DNA of 64,000 bases, from the NCBI GenBank assembly GCA_963713855.1, contig OY970209.1:768001-832000 (forward strand). The letters are read 5' to 3'. How positions within the stretch are numbered: position 1 is the first letter of the stretch; each line of letters starts with the position of its first letter. Positions 30,073 to 41,009 of the stretch are shown in pieces. The notes beneath the pieces were generated by a model. It did no database searches and had not been told where the DNA came from. It worked only from the letters and a program-made list of their open reading frames with translations. Position numbers and translations under genes: made by a program. The stretch is from an uncultured bacterium (GTDB lineage Bacteria; Babelota; Babeliae; Babelales; Babelaceae).

Positions 30073-30957
30073 ATGACGTGCTTTACTTTTACTCATACAA
30101 ATACCTTAAGTAAGTATCAAAAAGCTCTAGAAAAATTTGAGACCCAGTTCATATATCATTTTTGGGAAGGCTCTTTTACGCTTTCTCATGGCAGAGAGTA
30201 TAGCGCATTTGGACATTTTGTAGGCGATCCTTCATTTATCCTCGTTGAGCACGATGGCCTTTTGGTTGCCTGCTTGGCCCTTATTAAAAAAAATGTTTCT
30301 TTTGGCGGGCGCGAATATAGTGCTCTTTACATTGGTGATTTGAAGATAGATCCCGCCTATCAAATGACCGGCTTAGCTCACGAATTGTATAAGTACACCT
30401 CAAGAATTATAGAAACTCATAAAGATCTTAGCAAAAGCGAGTTGACGTATTTTGTCGCTATTCAGCTTAAGCATGGTGGAGATTTTACAAGCATCAAACA
30501 TGAAGGATCGCCTCTTGAGCTTTTTACCGATTTTGGGTCGGCGGATCTTTTTTTAAGCCCGCCGGAAGCTCTTTCAACCATTGAAATAAGCGAGCTTGAG
30601 GAAGAAATACAAGAGTCTGAGATGCTCAACCTTTCACCAGGTAATCAAGGACCACTGGTTGACTTACGCGGTATTAAAGATTTTATCTATCAAGGAAAGA
30701 GCCTTCAAAGTGTGCATGTCGCATTAGGAACCTCATGTAACGGTACTGTGCTTGAAAAACTTAAAGCAGCTGGTCAAAAAGCATTAAAGTCATACACAGA
30801 GTGTTGTTTTGCCATCGATACTCGCCGCTCACGTTTGTTGGAATACCTTCAAAAATATACTATTTTGCCCAAAACTCGCATAAAAATGTATGGCATCGAA
30901 AATGCTGACTTAAAGCATGCCTGGAAGGCTTTTGCAGTGGGAACATATGAACTTTAA
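30073..30957 (+). CDS. GNAT-family acetyltransferase-like protein
   Basis: ALYIGDLKIDPAYQMTGLAHELY (motif A); ATG 30073 preferred. Confidence 0.7.
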   Translation: MTCFTFTHTNTLSKYQKALEKFETQFIYHFWEGSFTLSHGREYSAFGHFVGDPSFILVEHDGLLVACLALIKKNVSFGGREYSALYIGDLKIDPAYQMTGLAHELYKYTSRIIETHKDLSKSELTYFVAIQLKHGGDFTSIKHEGSPLELFTDFGSADLFLSPPEALSTIEISELEEEIQESEMLNLSPGNQGPLVDLRGIKDFIYQGKSLQSVHVALGTSCNGTVLEKLKAAGQKALKSYTECCFAIDTRRSRLLEYLQKYTILPKTRIKMYGIENADLKHAWKAFAVGTYEL

Positions 30958-31143
30958 AGCACAATTAGTAGCTTTATGAAATAGCTAATTTGTGTATTAA
31001 AAATCAAAACTACCTCCATTAAAGCATAGTAAAAAAATGAGTCAATATTACATTAATACAACTACAAAAACTCGAGGCTAAAACTCTAAATTGTGCTTGC
31101 CATAATAAAAGATTAGTGGCAGATTAGTGCCAGCTCCTTTTTT

Positions 31144-32220
31144 ATGATAGGGCAGGCTATGGTAAGTCCTCAGTTTACTCTTTCATCATTAGTAGAAGAA
31201 GTAAAGCGTATTGAAAAACTCACCAAAGAAATACATTCTTTTCGTCTTACGCCTTCCTTGTTAACCTCGCTCAGACAAAACGCTTGGTCTGATTCAGTTT
31301 ATTATGGCAGTAATCCCGCAGGTACTGGCTTTACAAAAGAAGCTATGATGAGCGTGTTAAGGTCTGATGAGGACTATTTGATGCCTGAAAATAACGAACG
31401 CGTCATTTGTGCTTACGATTCGGCACTCAGTTATGTCGAAAAGATTGCTTTGACGACCGTGTCACCTTTAACGTCTGATACTGTTCAAAAATTGCATGGC
31501 ATACTGACTGCTAAAGTACCTAAAAGCCGTATAAGCACATACCGTGAAACCGATGAGCCTGTGCGTGATCCTAAAACCTATTCAATACTCTATAGACCTG
31601 CAAGAGCTCAAGACATAAGTCGTCTTATGGATCAGCTTTTAATGTGGATAGTTTACTCCCTTAAAACCCCTTTTTTTTGCCCTTTTATAGCCGGCATTGT
31701 TCATAAGCAGATACAAGCCATTCGGCCTTTTACTGATGGGAATCGTCGCCTTGCTTGCCTTTTAGCTCGCTTTATTCTTTTAAGAACACCTTATGATTGT
31801 AAGGGAATGTACGCTCTTGAAGCATACTATGCTCAAGATCTTAAGCGCTATTACGCTGCCTTGGGCCTTACAGCAGTCTATCAAGTGTACGCAGATCATA
31901 CTGAATGGCTCCGTTATTTTTCTCAAGGTATCATTTTAGCAACAAGCTCACTCAAAAAGCAGCTTGAACAAGAAGTCCCTAAAAGGAATGTCTTAGTGTT
32001 ACCCGCTCGAAGGCTTGATGCGTACCAATGTAAAGCTCTTGATCTTTTTAAGCTTAAGGAGGCAGTTACTGCCTACGAGATAAAAGACCTTTTTCACCTT
32101 AAAACGCATACAGCACGCGCTTTATGTTTGCAATGGGTACATGATGGCTTTTTCGAATTTGAGCAATCTTCAAAGAAAAAACGTTCGTACAAATTAGCTA
32201 CCTTTAGTGTCAATTTATAG
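31144..32220 (+). CDS. Fic-domain protein with C-terminal HTH, degenerate active site
   Basis: IRPFTDGNRRLA against canonical HPFxDGNGRxxR; VQKLHGIL, YR, TEWLRYF; wHTH-like C-terminus. Confidence 0.85.
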   Translation: MIGQAMVSPQFTLSSLVEEVKRIEKLTKEIHSFRLTPSLLTSLRQNAWSDSVYYGSNPAGTGFTKEAMMSVLRSDEDYLMPENNERVICAYDSALSYVEKIALTTVSPLTSDTVQKLHGILTAKVPKSRISTYRETDEPVRDPKTYSILYRPARAQDISRLMDQLLMWIVYSLKTPFFCPFIAGIVHKQIQAIRPFTDGNRRLACLLARFILLRTPYDCKGMYALEAYYAQDLKRYYAALGLTAVYQVYADHTEWLRYFSQGIILATSSLKKQLEQEVPKRNVLVLPARRLDAYQCKALDLFKLKEAVTAYEIKDLFHLKTHTARALCLQWVHDGFFEFEQSSKKKRSYKLATFSVNL

Positions 32221-32391
32221 TTAGCTTAAAGACTAGCTCTTTTTTGAAACCTTTGTCGTATATGGTGAATGGATTTAGTTGTCGATTGCATGGTTTTATC
32301 TATACTATCTTAAGTTTTTTTTTGCTTATGGAAAAATGTGCTTGAAGTGTTTTTTTGGGATTTCTCTATAGCTTTTTCGAAAGGGCTTCTT

Positions 32392-33674
32392 ATGATTAAG
32401 TCTCATTTGTTACTTATACCTTTTTTTGTAGCATCCTCGTTCTTTTCTGTGGCTTTTTCCGGAAAGACTCTTGACGATGCTCTTCTCAAATCAGTGCAAA
32501 AATCCACAATACCAATGTAGCTCGAGATCTGATTTCCTTAGGTGCTCGAGTTGACTCACCTGATATTGTCGAACTTATTGGCGATGCGGTCGGCGAAGGA
32601 GCAACCGAGCATGCCTTATTACGCATCGAGGCTGCTGCACCAGAGGCTCTCAATGCATATCCTTACGCACCCATAGTATGCAGTGGCCAATGGTTTGATT
32701 GTTCTCGTCAAGGAAAAAGTTTAAGCATTCTTGAGTTTGCTCAAAAAATGGGAGATGATAGAGTGGTAGAAGCTCTTAAACTAGCCGGTGCCACTGCTTC
32801 TATCGATCAGACTGTACGGAACACCAATTTGTTTTATGATACTCTCGCAGCAAAAGGATACAGGGGTGCTCAGGAACTTGTCGATCAAGGAATTTATCCA
32901 ACTTTTCCGCTCAGAAAATTGGACGACGTAAAAAGACCTATTGGACTAGCTAAAGAGTGTGGCCATGAAATGATAGGACAAATTCTTAAACTACAAAAAT
33001 ACGATGTAAATAAAGCGCTGAGCTATGTTATATCGCCTGGAGGTACCAACGATCTCGAACATGTTGAATTCTTTCTCGCACATGGCGCTAGTCACACTTC
33101 CAAAACTAGAAAGGCTCTGTTAGATCACAAGATAAGAGGCTTTCAGGCTTCGCTTTCAGACTTGGAAGAATATGTTACCTCAAAAGATGATATTCCCGAA
33201 GATGCTCTGTCACACATGTTGACGCATAAACTTGAAGATCAAGCGCTATTTCTTATCAGCAAGGGTGCAAAGGTTACTGAAAAGCACCTGAAAGGGGCTT
33301 TAAATGCGGAGCTTACGTCAGTCGCGTTAGCGCTTCTTGAGGCCGGTGTTAAGCCAAAAGAAAAGCACCTTAAGCAGATTATTAAGCGGGAATCTCCTTC
33401 ATCTGGTCATATTCAATATCTAAATCCTCCAGCTGAACTTTTTTCTGAGCTCATTGAATATGGAGCACCAGTAACACCGGACGTACTTGTTACCCTAATT
33501 GAATCCGTACGCGAAAAACAGCTTATCGAAATTGCTCTGAAGGCTCGTCAGAACAAAGTTGATGATCTGTCAGCCGACCAAAAAGCTGCCGTGCTTGTTT
33601 GGGCAATGAGTAATGATGAAATACTTGGTCAAAAGGGTAATGATGAGATACTTGCTCAAAAATTGATTCAGTAG
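32392..33674 (+). pseudogene. Frameshifted secreted ankyrin-like protein
   Basis: Signal-peptide ORF from 32392 stops at 32520; the -1 frame (IHNTNVARDLISLGARVD...) is open and continuous with ORF 32748..33674. Confidence 0.75.
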
Positions 33675-33768
33675 ATTGTTGAGGAGGGAGTACAAACTCC
33701 CTCCTTTCATTTTTAACGTATGAGTTTTTGCTGTATACTGATAGATATCCCTATTTATACGAGTATTC

Positions 33769-35961
33769 ATGCGTAATAATACTGAAAAATTCGATCTATT
33801 TTGCCAAAAAAACCTTAATCCTGAGCAGCGACACATTGTAAAGGAAGAGAATGGTATACTTGTGGTGCATGCAGGGGCGGGCTCTGGAAAAACGCGTACT
33901 ATCACTGCTCGTATTATGCACCTTATGCTCCATCATGGGGTGCCCTTTCATGCTCTTATAGCGCTTACGTTTACCAATAAAGCCGCTCGAGAAATGCGTG
34001 AGCGGGTTACCCATTTTTTGGAAAATCCACATGATGTACCATTTATCGGTACTTTTCATGGGTATTGTCTTCATTTTTTGCGTAGCCACAGAGAGTTTTT
34101 AGATATTCCTGATTTTTCTATTCTTGATAGTGACGATCAAGAAAAGCTTATTAAGAGCATCATAGCTCGCTACAGTCTTTCAAAGCATACAACGTCCAGA
34201 CAGTTAGGCTCCTTGTTTTCGCGTATTAAAAATAATGCGTTAACTGGTGTAATTAATTTTCAAGAGATTCCTGATCCGCTTTTAAGAGACGCGTTTTACG
34301 TGTATGAAAGAGAAAAAACGCTTTCTCGATGTCTGGATTTTGATGATCTTCTCTTATCGACTTTGCGTATGTTTAAAAAAGAACCCGCGTTGAAAGTTCG
34401 CCATCAAGAACGCATACGCCATATCCTTGTTGATGAGTACCAAGATACGAATCAGGTACAACATGCGCTTGTTAAAGAAATGAGTTTTAATAGCAAAGGT
34501 GAATGCACGGTTGGATCTTTATGCGTCGTCGGGGATGAGGATCAATCGATATACTCGTGGCGCGGCGCAATAGCAAGTATGATGGTAAGCTTTAAAAATG
34601 AGTTTCCCCAAAGCACATCGCATGCGCTTGAACAAAACTATAGGTCAGCGCAGTCTATTTTAGATACGGCTAACCAGTTGATACAGCATAATACGCAGAG
34701 AAAACAGAAAAATTTATGGTCAACGCTTGATGGATCTGATCGTGTTAGGCTTCTTACCTGTGCGTCCGCGTTTCAGGAAGGACAAGCGCTTGTAGCTCTT
34801 AGTCAACACTATCAGTCGATAGGCATACCGCTCAAAAATATTGCCGTTCTTTACCGATCGCATTACCAATCGCGTTCTTTGGAAGAAGCTCTGGTACGGC
34901 ACTCTATTGCATATACCATTTTAGGTGGTGTTCAGTTTTACGACCGTCAAGAAGTTAAGGACCTTTTAGCGTACCTAAAACTGACGGTCAATCCTTATGA
35001 TCGTATGGCCTTTAGCCGAGCAATTAATATGCCAGCACGTGGGCTTGGTGATAAATTCGTGGAACTCTTTTTTGAAGTTTGGGAAAGTCAGGCGCATTTG
35101 GATTTTAAAGCTATAAGTGAGCTTCTTATTGAGCGCGGGTTGTTACCAGCTTTAAAGCAAGAAGCTTTAAAGTCATTCTTAGGGCTTTTTGAAGATGTAG
35201 GACAAAAAACACCGGGTGATCTGCTTGAACATTTTGCAAAGGCTATCGGTTACCAATCATATTTGCTTGCGGCGTATGAAACAGAGGAGGCTCAAGAGCG
35301 GTTTGCTAACGTTAAAGAGCTTATTGGTGCTGTTCGTTCACGCTATGAGCTCGGGGTGACAACTGCAGAGCAGCTTCTTGAAGAAATTGCTCTTTTGCAG
35401 GAATATAAGACTGCCCGCGCGGATACCGATCATATAAGCCTTATGACGCTCCATGCCGCTAAGGGTCTTGAGTTTGATACCGTTATGATAGCTGGAGTTG
35501 AAGAAGGTATCCTTCCAAGTGGCCACGCTTCAGCTGACGCTGACGCGGTTGAAGAGGAACGCAGGCTCTTATACGTGGGTATTACGAGGGCTCAAAAAAG
35601 ATTACTATTAACTTGTACACGTTTTCGCTCAACATATAAGCAACTAAGCGAACAACGCCCTTCCCGCTTTATTAAAGAGCTTTCACCACTATCAATTCAT
35701 GAGAGTTCACAGTGGAACTTGTCACAACTTCATGCCTACTTCAGGCAGTGGTTACAGCCACAACCAACACCAGAAGCAATACCCCGGAATCACACAACGT
35801 CTACGTCCTCCTGGAATATTAATCAGACAGTGTACCATGCGACCTTCGGTCGAGGCATCGTTGAGAATGTGGAAGAAAAGGGAACAGGTCACATCTACTT
35901 GACCGTACGCTTTTCGGACTGTACAAAAAAAATTGCAGCGAGCTTTGTTACCAGTAACTAA
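33769..35961 (+). CDS. uvrD: UvrD/PcrA DNA helicase
   Basis: AGAGSGKT, TFTNKAA, LVDEYQDTN, VGDEDQSIYSWRGA, LEQNYRS, MTLHAAKGLEF, EEERRLLYVGITRA. Confidence 0.96.
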   Translation: MRNNTEKFDLFCQKNLNPEQRHIVKEENGILVVHAGAGSGKTRTITARIMHLMLHHGVPFHALIALTFTNKAAREMRERVTHFLENPHDVPFIGTFHGYCLHFLRSHREFLDIPDFSILDSDDQEKLIKSIIARYSLSKHTTSRQLGSLFSRIKNNALTGVINFQEIPDPLLRDAFYVYEREKTLSRCLDFDDLLLSTLRMFKKEPALKVRHQERIRHILVDEYQDTNQVQHALVKEMSFNSKGECTVGSLCVVGDEDQSIYSWRGAIASMMVSFKNEFPQSTSHALEQNYRSAQSILDTANQLIQHNTQRKQKNLWSTLDGSDRVRLLTCASAFQEGQALVALSQHYQSIGIPLKNIAVLYRSHYQSRSLEEALVRHSIAYTILGGVQFYDRQEVKDLLAYLKLTVNPYDRMAFSRAINMPARGLGDKFVELFFEVWESQAHLDFKAISELLIERGLLPALKQEALKSFLGLFEDVGQKTPGDLLEHFAKAIGYQSYLLAAYETEEAQERFANVKELIGAVRSRYELGVTTAEQLLEEIALLQEYKTARADTDHISLMTLHAAKGLEFDTVMIAGVEEGILPSGHASADADAVEEERRLLYVGITRAQKRLLLTCTRFRSTYKQLSEQRPSRFIKELSPLSIHESSQWNLSQLHAYFRQWLQPQPTPEAIPRNHTTSTSSWNINQTVYHATFGRGIVENVEEKGTGHIYLTVRFSDCTKKIAASFVTSN

Positions 35962-36084
35962 GATCAATCAAAACAGAGTCACAGACTAACTATTTATATT
36001 TTTTTAATTGACAATTGTTGAATAATTGTGCTACAAATGTGCTACTGAATGTGATTGACGTAACTGTTAGCAAAAGGAGATGGT

Positions 36085-36882
36085 ATGAAGAAAGTATTAG
36101 CGTTTGCGTTACTATTAGGTGCAGCAAACTTACAAGGTGTTGGCGAGCCTAGATTTGTCAGTTCTACTGCAGGTGGTCAGATCATGAGTGAGGATACCCC
36201 AGTCTGTGTACAGAAAAACATTTTACCTGAGGAAATTGCTAAGGTAATAGTAGAATTTAGCGATAAAAACGTATCTGTACCAGGCAGAATAATTGATATG
36301 TTTAATAAGCTGCATGCTGAAAAGCTATCTGCTGCGGAAAAAATGTTTAACGAGTTAGCTCGTAATGTGGCGATTGATGGAACATCTGTTGGTCTTTTAT
36401 ACAATAAAGCTTCCCAACAAGCGGGAGATCTTGCAGAAACTTTGGTTAAGCTTTCCAAAATAAAATCTAGCGCAATCAAAATTACCATGAGCGATATTCA
36501 CGATATGTTTGCACTTAAGGCGGCAAGCTACCGCTTGATGGCTAGCAAACTTAATAGCTTGTCCCATGAGACAGATGATCAAGAAGTAAGCAATATTCTC
36601 ATGAAGATGGCTAAACACAAACTTGAAATGAGTCAAGATATAGATTCGGCTATCGCTCTTGCTTACGCTCACCCAACTCCAGGTGAAAAGAAAGGCTTTA
36701 ATCTACACTTCAGCTTTGGCGCAAGGCCAGATATAACTGAAAGTACATCGCATGAGGAAAGCCCCCAAATGACAGGAAGCATCTCACACGAGGGAAGCCC
36801 GTTTATGCCTGGAAGCACATCACACGAGGGAAGTTCATCCATGACTGGAAGAACGGGTTATGAGTCAAGAGAAGCATCTTAA
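36085..36882 (+). CDS. Secreted helical protein with C-terminal 12-aa repeats
   Basis: AAGGAG RBS, signal peptide; paralog of 37042..37671. Confidence 0.8.
   Translation: MKKVLAFALLLGAANLQGVGEPRFVSSTAGGQIMSEDTPVCVQKNILPEEIAKVIVEFSDKNVSVPGRIIDMFNKLHAEKLSAAEKMFNELARNVAIDGTSVGLLYNKASQQAGDLAETLVKLSKIKSSAIKITMSDIHDMFALKAASYRLMASKLNSLSHETDDQEVSNILMKMAKHKLEMSQDIDSAIALAYAHPTPGEKKGFNLHFSFGARPDITESTSHEESPQMTGSISHEGSPFMPGSTSHEGSSSMTGRTGYESREAS
36742..36849 (+). repeat. 3 x 36-bp tandem coding repeat
   Basis: STSHEESPQMTG / SISHEGSPFMPG / STSHEGSSSMTG. Confidence 0.9.
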
Positions 36883-37041
36883 ACCTTTTTCCCGGGCTTA
36901 TTTGACGTAAGCCTGGGATTTTTTATGCTCAGGCGAATCATATCCATCTGGAAAAGTTATACTATTTTTATTTTTTAAATATTGACAATCTAAAATTGAA
37001 TATGTTAAAAGTAACTATATAGTGTCACCCAAGGAGAGAGC

Positions 37042-37671
37042 ATGAAAAAATATATAGGATATCTGTTCTTATTTGTTCCAGTTGCGACTTTGCAGGCTCA
37101 AGTAAAACCTGCAGCTAGTAGGCCTGTAACGTCAGCGGAAAAGGGCGAAAAAGAAGCTTTTAAGCCTGAATCTGTTGCCAAGGTAATTGCAGAATTTAAA
37201 GATAAGAAAATTACCGTACCTTATGCTTTTGTCAATAAATGGAACCAGCTACAAGCTGACATGCTTCGTCAAAAAGCCAAAGAGTTTCGTGAAATGGCGC
37301 CAAATACTGAGCATCCAAAGCTCTATCAGATGCTTGCACGAAGAACGAGAATGCTTTCAAAATTTATGCGTAGGCCAAAGCTTAAATTAACTAAAGATAT
37401 TCAAATGACAGCACATCCGCGTGATTGGTTAGAGCTTGTAGTAAGAAAGCAGGAATTACTTTCTCAAAAATACGCGTTTATGGCAAAGCAGACGAGTGAT
37501 GAAGAGGTTAAATCTATCCTTGAAAGCCTGTCAAAAAGATTTCAACATAAGTCCGATTTACTAAAAGAAGCATTAGCGATGAAGGAAGAGCCTACAACAC
37601 ATCCTTTGGAAATAGGACCGGCCAGGATCAGAACGGTAGAGGGTACACAATTGCCCCAAAAAACTAAATAA
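37042..37671 (+). CDS. Secreted helical protein, paralog of 36085..36882
   Basis: PESVAKVIAEFKDKKITVP vs PEEIAKVIVEFSDKNVSVP; TSDEEVKSIL vs TDDQEVSNIL. Confidence 0.8.
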   Translation: MKKYIGYLFLFVPVATLQAQVKPAASRPVTSAEKGEKEAFKPESVAKVIAEFKDKKITVPYAFVNKWNQLQADMLRQKAKEFREMAPNTEHPKLYQMLARRTRMLSKFMRRPKLKLTKDIQMTAHPRDWLELVVRKQELLSQKYAFMAKQTSDEEVKSILESLSKRFQHKSDLLKEALAMKEEPTTHPLEIGPARIRTVEGTQLPQKTK

Positions 37672-37833
37672 CTTTTAAAAGACCTTCGATAGCCTTTTTG
37701 TAAGGCAATCATCCTTTGCCCGGGCAGCTTTTTAGTGTTATCCGTAAAGCCCGGGCGCTTTTTTTGTAATAAGTACAGAATAGTGGCAAGAAAACAGCAG
37801 GTCTTACATTTTAGGCGTCAGTCGATGCTAATC

Positions 37834-37869
37834 AAAAGAGTCCCTACAGAAATGTAGGGACTCTTTTTT
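37834..37869. terminator. Bidirectional intrinsic terminator
   Basis: AAAAGAGTCCCTACA-GAAA-TGTAGGGACTCTTTT between convergent genes. Confidence 0.85.
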
Positions 37870-37892
37870 ACGAAGATACATTATACGCGGAT

Positions 37893-38378
37893 TTAATGAA
37901 CTTCTATTTCTGCAACTTCTCGAGCTTTAGCAGTTTCGCAAGGAGTAAGATCTCGTCTTTTCATTTCGATGTTCTTTAAAGACTCTTTGTGTACTTCAAT
38001 TGCGTTTTCAGTATCATTGAGTTCTTGTTCAAGTGTTCTAATGCGACGCTCGAGCGATCTTTTTTGGCTTAAAAGCTCATCAAGTTCTGCTTGCAGTCTT
38101 GCTTGAGCACGATCGAGCTTACTAAAATGATAACGATGTGTTGGTACATGATGTACTTCTTTGACAATTACTTCTTTGACCGGCCTTCGGTAATGCCTTG
38201 AGCTTGAGCCATTAGAAATAGCGTTGCCAAAAATAGTTCCAAAAGTACTTCCGATGCCTGAACCTATAGCTGTGGCAGCAACGTCTGAAGCAAAATCACC
38301 TGATCCCGCTTTTAAGACAGGAGCTGCAAAGAGCATCGAAGCGCCAAGCACTAGGAAAAATATACGTGATTGAAACAT
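37893..38378 (-). CDS. Exported glycine-zipper / coiled-coil protein
   Basis: Signal peptide, GSGIGSTFGTIFG, C-terminal heptads. Confidence 0.7.
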   Translation of the reverse strand: MFQSRIFFLVLGASMLFAAPVLKAGSGDFASDVAATAIGSGIGSTFGTIFGNAISNGSSSRHYRRPVKEVIVKEVHHVPTHRYHFSKLDRAQARLQAELDELLSQKRSLERRIRTLEQELNDTENAIEVHKESLKNIEMKRRDLTPCETAKAREVAEIEVH

Positions 38379-38445
38379 AATGTTCTCCTAAACGGATTAA
38401 TATTCTGACTTAAGTATGAAGTCAAAAAGAGAAAAAATCAACAAC

Positions 38446-39846
38446 TTATTGATTATTTGTATTTTGTGCTATATCTGCAAACTTATTTATTTTTCCAGCA
38501 CCAAGGAGTAAAATGAGGTCATCTTGGTCGGTCACGTGCTCAAGTGCTCTTTTCAAGGTGCTAAAATCTTCATGATGGGGGACGTACTCAATATGGGTTG
38601 CAGCTTGAGCTTTAAGCTCAGTCACAAAACGGCTACTTTGTATAGTGGGTATAGGTGCCTCGCTTGCTGCGTATATGTCGGTAATAAGTAATACATCGAT
38701 TGGATGACTTTTAAGTACGTCTATAAAATCCTGCCAAAGGTGGTACATACGTGTGTAGCGGTGGGGCTGAAACACTACAATAAGCTTTTTCTTAGCTCTT
38801 TTACGCGCAACCAAGAGTGTATGATGTATTTCCACAGGGTGGTGCCCATAATCATCAAAAAGCTCGGCACCTTTATAAAGACCTTTATAGCTAAAACGAC
38901 GGTCGACTCCTTTAAAGGTTGAAAGGCTATGAGCAATGGTGTCAAAAGGAATGGTAAGTGCTTGGCCAACGGCGACAGCAGCAAGAGCATTCAGCACATT
39001 GTGCTTACCCGGCATTTTGAAGGTAAATGAGCCGAGTAATGTGTTGGTACGTTTATGCCACACTTTGCAGCGCGATTCGTCGGCCATGAGCTCAATGTCC
39101 TGGGCATACACATCTGCGTCTTTAGTTGAGCCGTAGGTAATGACGCGTGTATGTTTCAAGGGTAACAGTGATCGCGTAGGTACATCATCATGGCACATAA
39201 CTGCAAAACCGTAAAAAGGGATGTGTGCTAAAAACGTCTTGAAGGTTTCTTTAATATCATCAAGATCTTTGTAAGCATCCATGTGTTCGCGATCTATATT
39301 GGTAACAACGGCGATTGTTGGCTGCAGCTTTACGAGCGTTCGATCGCTTTCATCTGCTTCTGCTACAAGAAAATCTCCTTTTCCAAAGTGCGCATTTGTA
39401 GAAATGCTTTTCAGGTGACCTCCGATGATGACTGTAGGATCAAAATGAGCTTCCATTAGCATATGTGCAATGAGCGATGTCGTTGTTGTTTTTCCGTGCG
39501 CGCCAGCTATAGCAATACTGTATTTCATGCGCATGAGCTCTGCAAGCATAAGTGCGCGAGGGATGGTAGGAATGCCACGTTCTTGCGCTTTTACGATTTC
39601 TGGATGATTATGCTTGACGTCTGACGAATAGACGAGGATATCGATTGATGTGTCAGCGCAGTATGGCGTATTATTGCCTTGGTAAATGGCACACCCAAGA
39701 GCCGCAAGGTCCCTGCTACTTTTTTGCTCAATATCAAGGTCGCAGCCAGAGATGTAATAGCCTTGGTATTTGAGGATTTTAGCAATGCCACTCATGCCAA
39801 TGCCGCCTATACCAACAAAATGGATGTGCGTTTTTTTATTATACAT
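38446..39846 (-). CDS. murC: UDP-N-acetylmuramate--L-alanine ligase
   Basis: HFVGIGGIGMSGIA, GAHGKTTTT, EADESD, DDYGHHP, FQPHRY. Confidence 0.97.
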   Translation of the reverse strand: MYNKKTHIHFVGIGGIGMSGIAKILKYQGYYISGCDLDIEQKSSRDLAALGCAIYQGNNTPYCADTSIDILVYSSDVKHNHPEIVKAQERGIPTIPRALMLAELMRMKYSIAIAGAHGKTTTTSLIAHMLMEAHFDPTVIIGGHLKSISTNAHFGKGDFLVAEADESDRTLVKLQPTIAVVTNIDREHMDAYKDLDDIKETFKTFLAHIPFYGFAVMCHDDVPTRSLLPLKHTRVITYGSTKDADVYAQDIELMADESRCKVWHKRTNTLLGSFTFKMPGKHNVLNALAAVAVGQALTIPFDTIAHSLSTFKGVDRRFSYKGLYKGAELFDDYGHHPVEIHHTLLVARKRAKKKLIVVFQPHRYTRMYHLWQDFIDVLKSHPIDVLLITDIYAASEAPIPTIQSSRFVTELKAQAATHIEYVPHHEDFSTLKRALEHVTDQDDLILLLGAGKINKFADIAQNTNNQ

Positions 39847-39939
39847 ACCTGCTCATACACGTTAAAACAATTATAGCTTTCATTTGCGTAAGAATGAGTA
39901 TACCATAAGCTTTATCAAAGCACTTTTGCGACGTGTACA

Positions 39940-40869
39940 TCAAGCTTTTTTCTCTCTAGGCAAAACTGAATTAAGAAGGTAGTAGCCATCTTTGTTACGC
40001 CTTAGCGCGCTTGGCTCTTCGATACGCTCTAAAAGATAGGGGATTTTTTTAAAAAAACGCGGGAAGGTAAAACTGGTATGTCCAACAGACCTCTTTCCAC
40101 ATTTGATTTCTACTTCAACTATATGATCGCCTGGAGCTGCAAATACTCGTTGTGAAAAGAACTTTGATGGAGAGCATCCCATTTCACTTGCGCTATAAAG
40201 ACCCTGCGGATCCAATATCTGAATAAGGTCTTTCGAGCCAAAAAGGTGATAGATTTTTTTGAATGCATTTTTATGAGCATAGTCTTGCGTGGCCTCTTGT
40301 ATGGGGCAACAGAGCAAAATGAGCCTGTCTACCAAAGGTTTTTGTACTTGATCCTTTGGAATAAAACTACCCATACCTAAAGCTACATTACCTCCGTGGC
40401 TTACGGTAATGATGGTTAGCGGTGTATTTTTATAAGTCGGATTTTGACGAAGTGCTTTGAGAAGTTCGTAAAGCTGTGCAGATGCTTGATGTCTTGTCGT
40501 AAAGCTTAGCTTGCCGCTCCATCCAAAAAGGTAGATATTGTCGTAGGGAAATTGTTTTGGATCGCTACAACTTAAGCTTTGAGCACAACGTGCTTTCAAG
40601 TAAAAGCTTGAGACATCCGCTGCTTTATGTAAACCCGGAGGAGTAAAAACATGGTACCTCAATAAAGGGACCGTAGCTAAAAGAAGCGGTGGGAGCCTTG
40701 TGCCATGAATAATGATGGTAATCGGCTTTGTAGGATCGGGCGCGAAGAATAACGTTTCCTGGCGAGGCTTTTTGACATGATAGCGGTGTTTCATTTTTTG
40801 TGGCACGCAACCACCTAGGAATGTCACGATTATGAGTATACAACGGGTTCTGGCTGAAAATGTGCGCAT
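39940..40869 (-). CDS. Putative alpha/beta-hydrolase lipoprotein
   Basis: FLGGC lipobox-like, IIIHGT, FGWSGKLS, TVSHGG nucleophile elbow; ATG 40869 preferred. Confidence 0.7.
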   Translation of the reverse strand: MRTFSARTRCILIIVTFLGGCVPQKMKHRYHVKKPRQETLFFAPDPTKPITIIIHGTRLPPLLLATVPLLRYHVFTPPGLHKAADVSSFYLKARCAQSLSCSDPKQFPYDNIYLFGWSGKLSFTTRHQASAQLYELLKALRQNPTYKNTPLTIITVSHGGNVALGMGSFIPKDQVQKPLVDRLILLCCPIQEATQDYAHKNAFKKIYHLFGSKDLIQILDPQGLYSASEMGCSPSKFFSQRVFAAPGDHIVEVEIKCGKRSVGHTSFTFPRFFKKIPYLLERIEEPSALRRNKDGYYLLNSVLPREKKA

Positions 40870-41009
40870 ATGTGTACCATGAAATTTATCTAGGTATTTT
40901 TTTATACACTTATATAATTGCGCTTTTTTTACAAAAAAACAAGGTTTAGGTTTAGTATTTGGCCATTTTAGTAGTGTCGCTAAATAGTAAGCCAAAGAGA
41001 AATAGGCGA

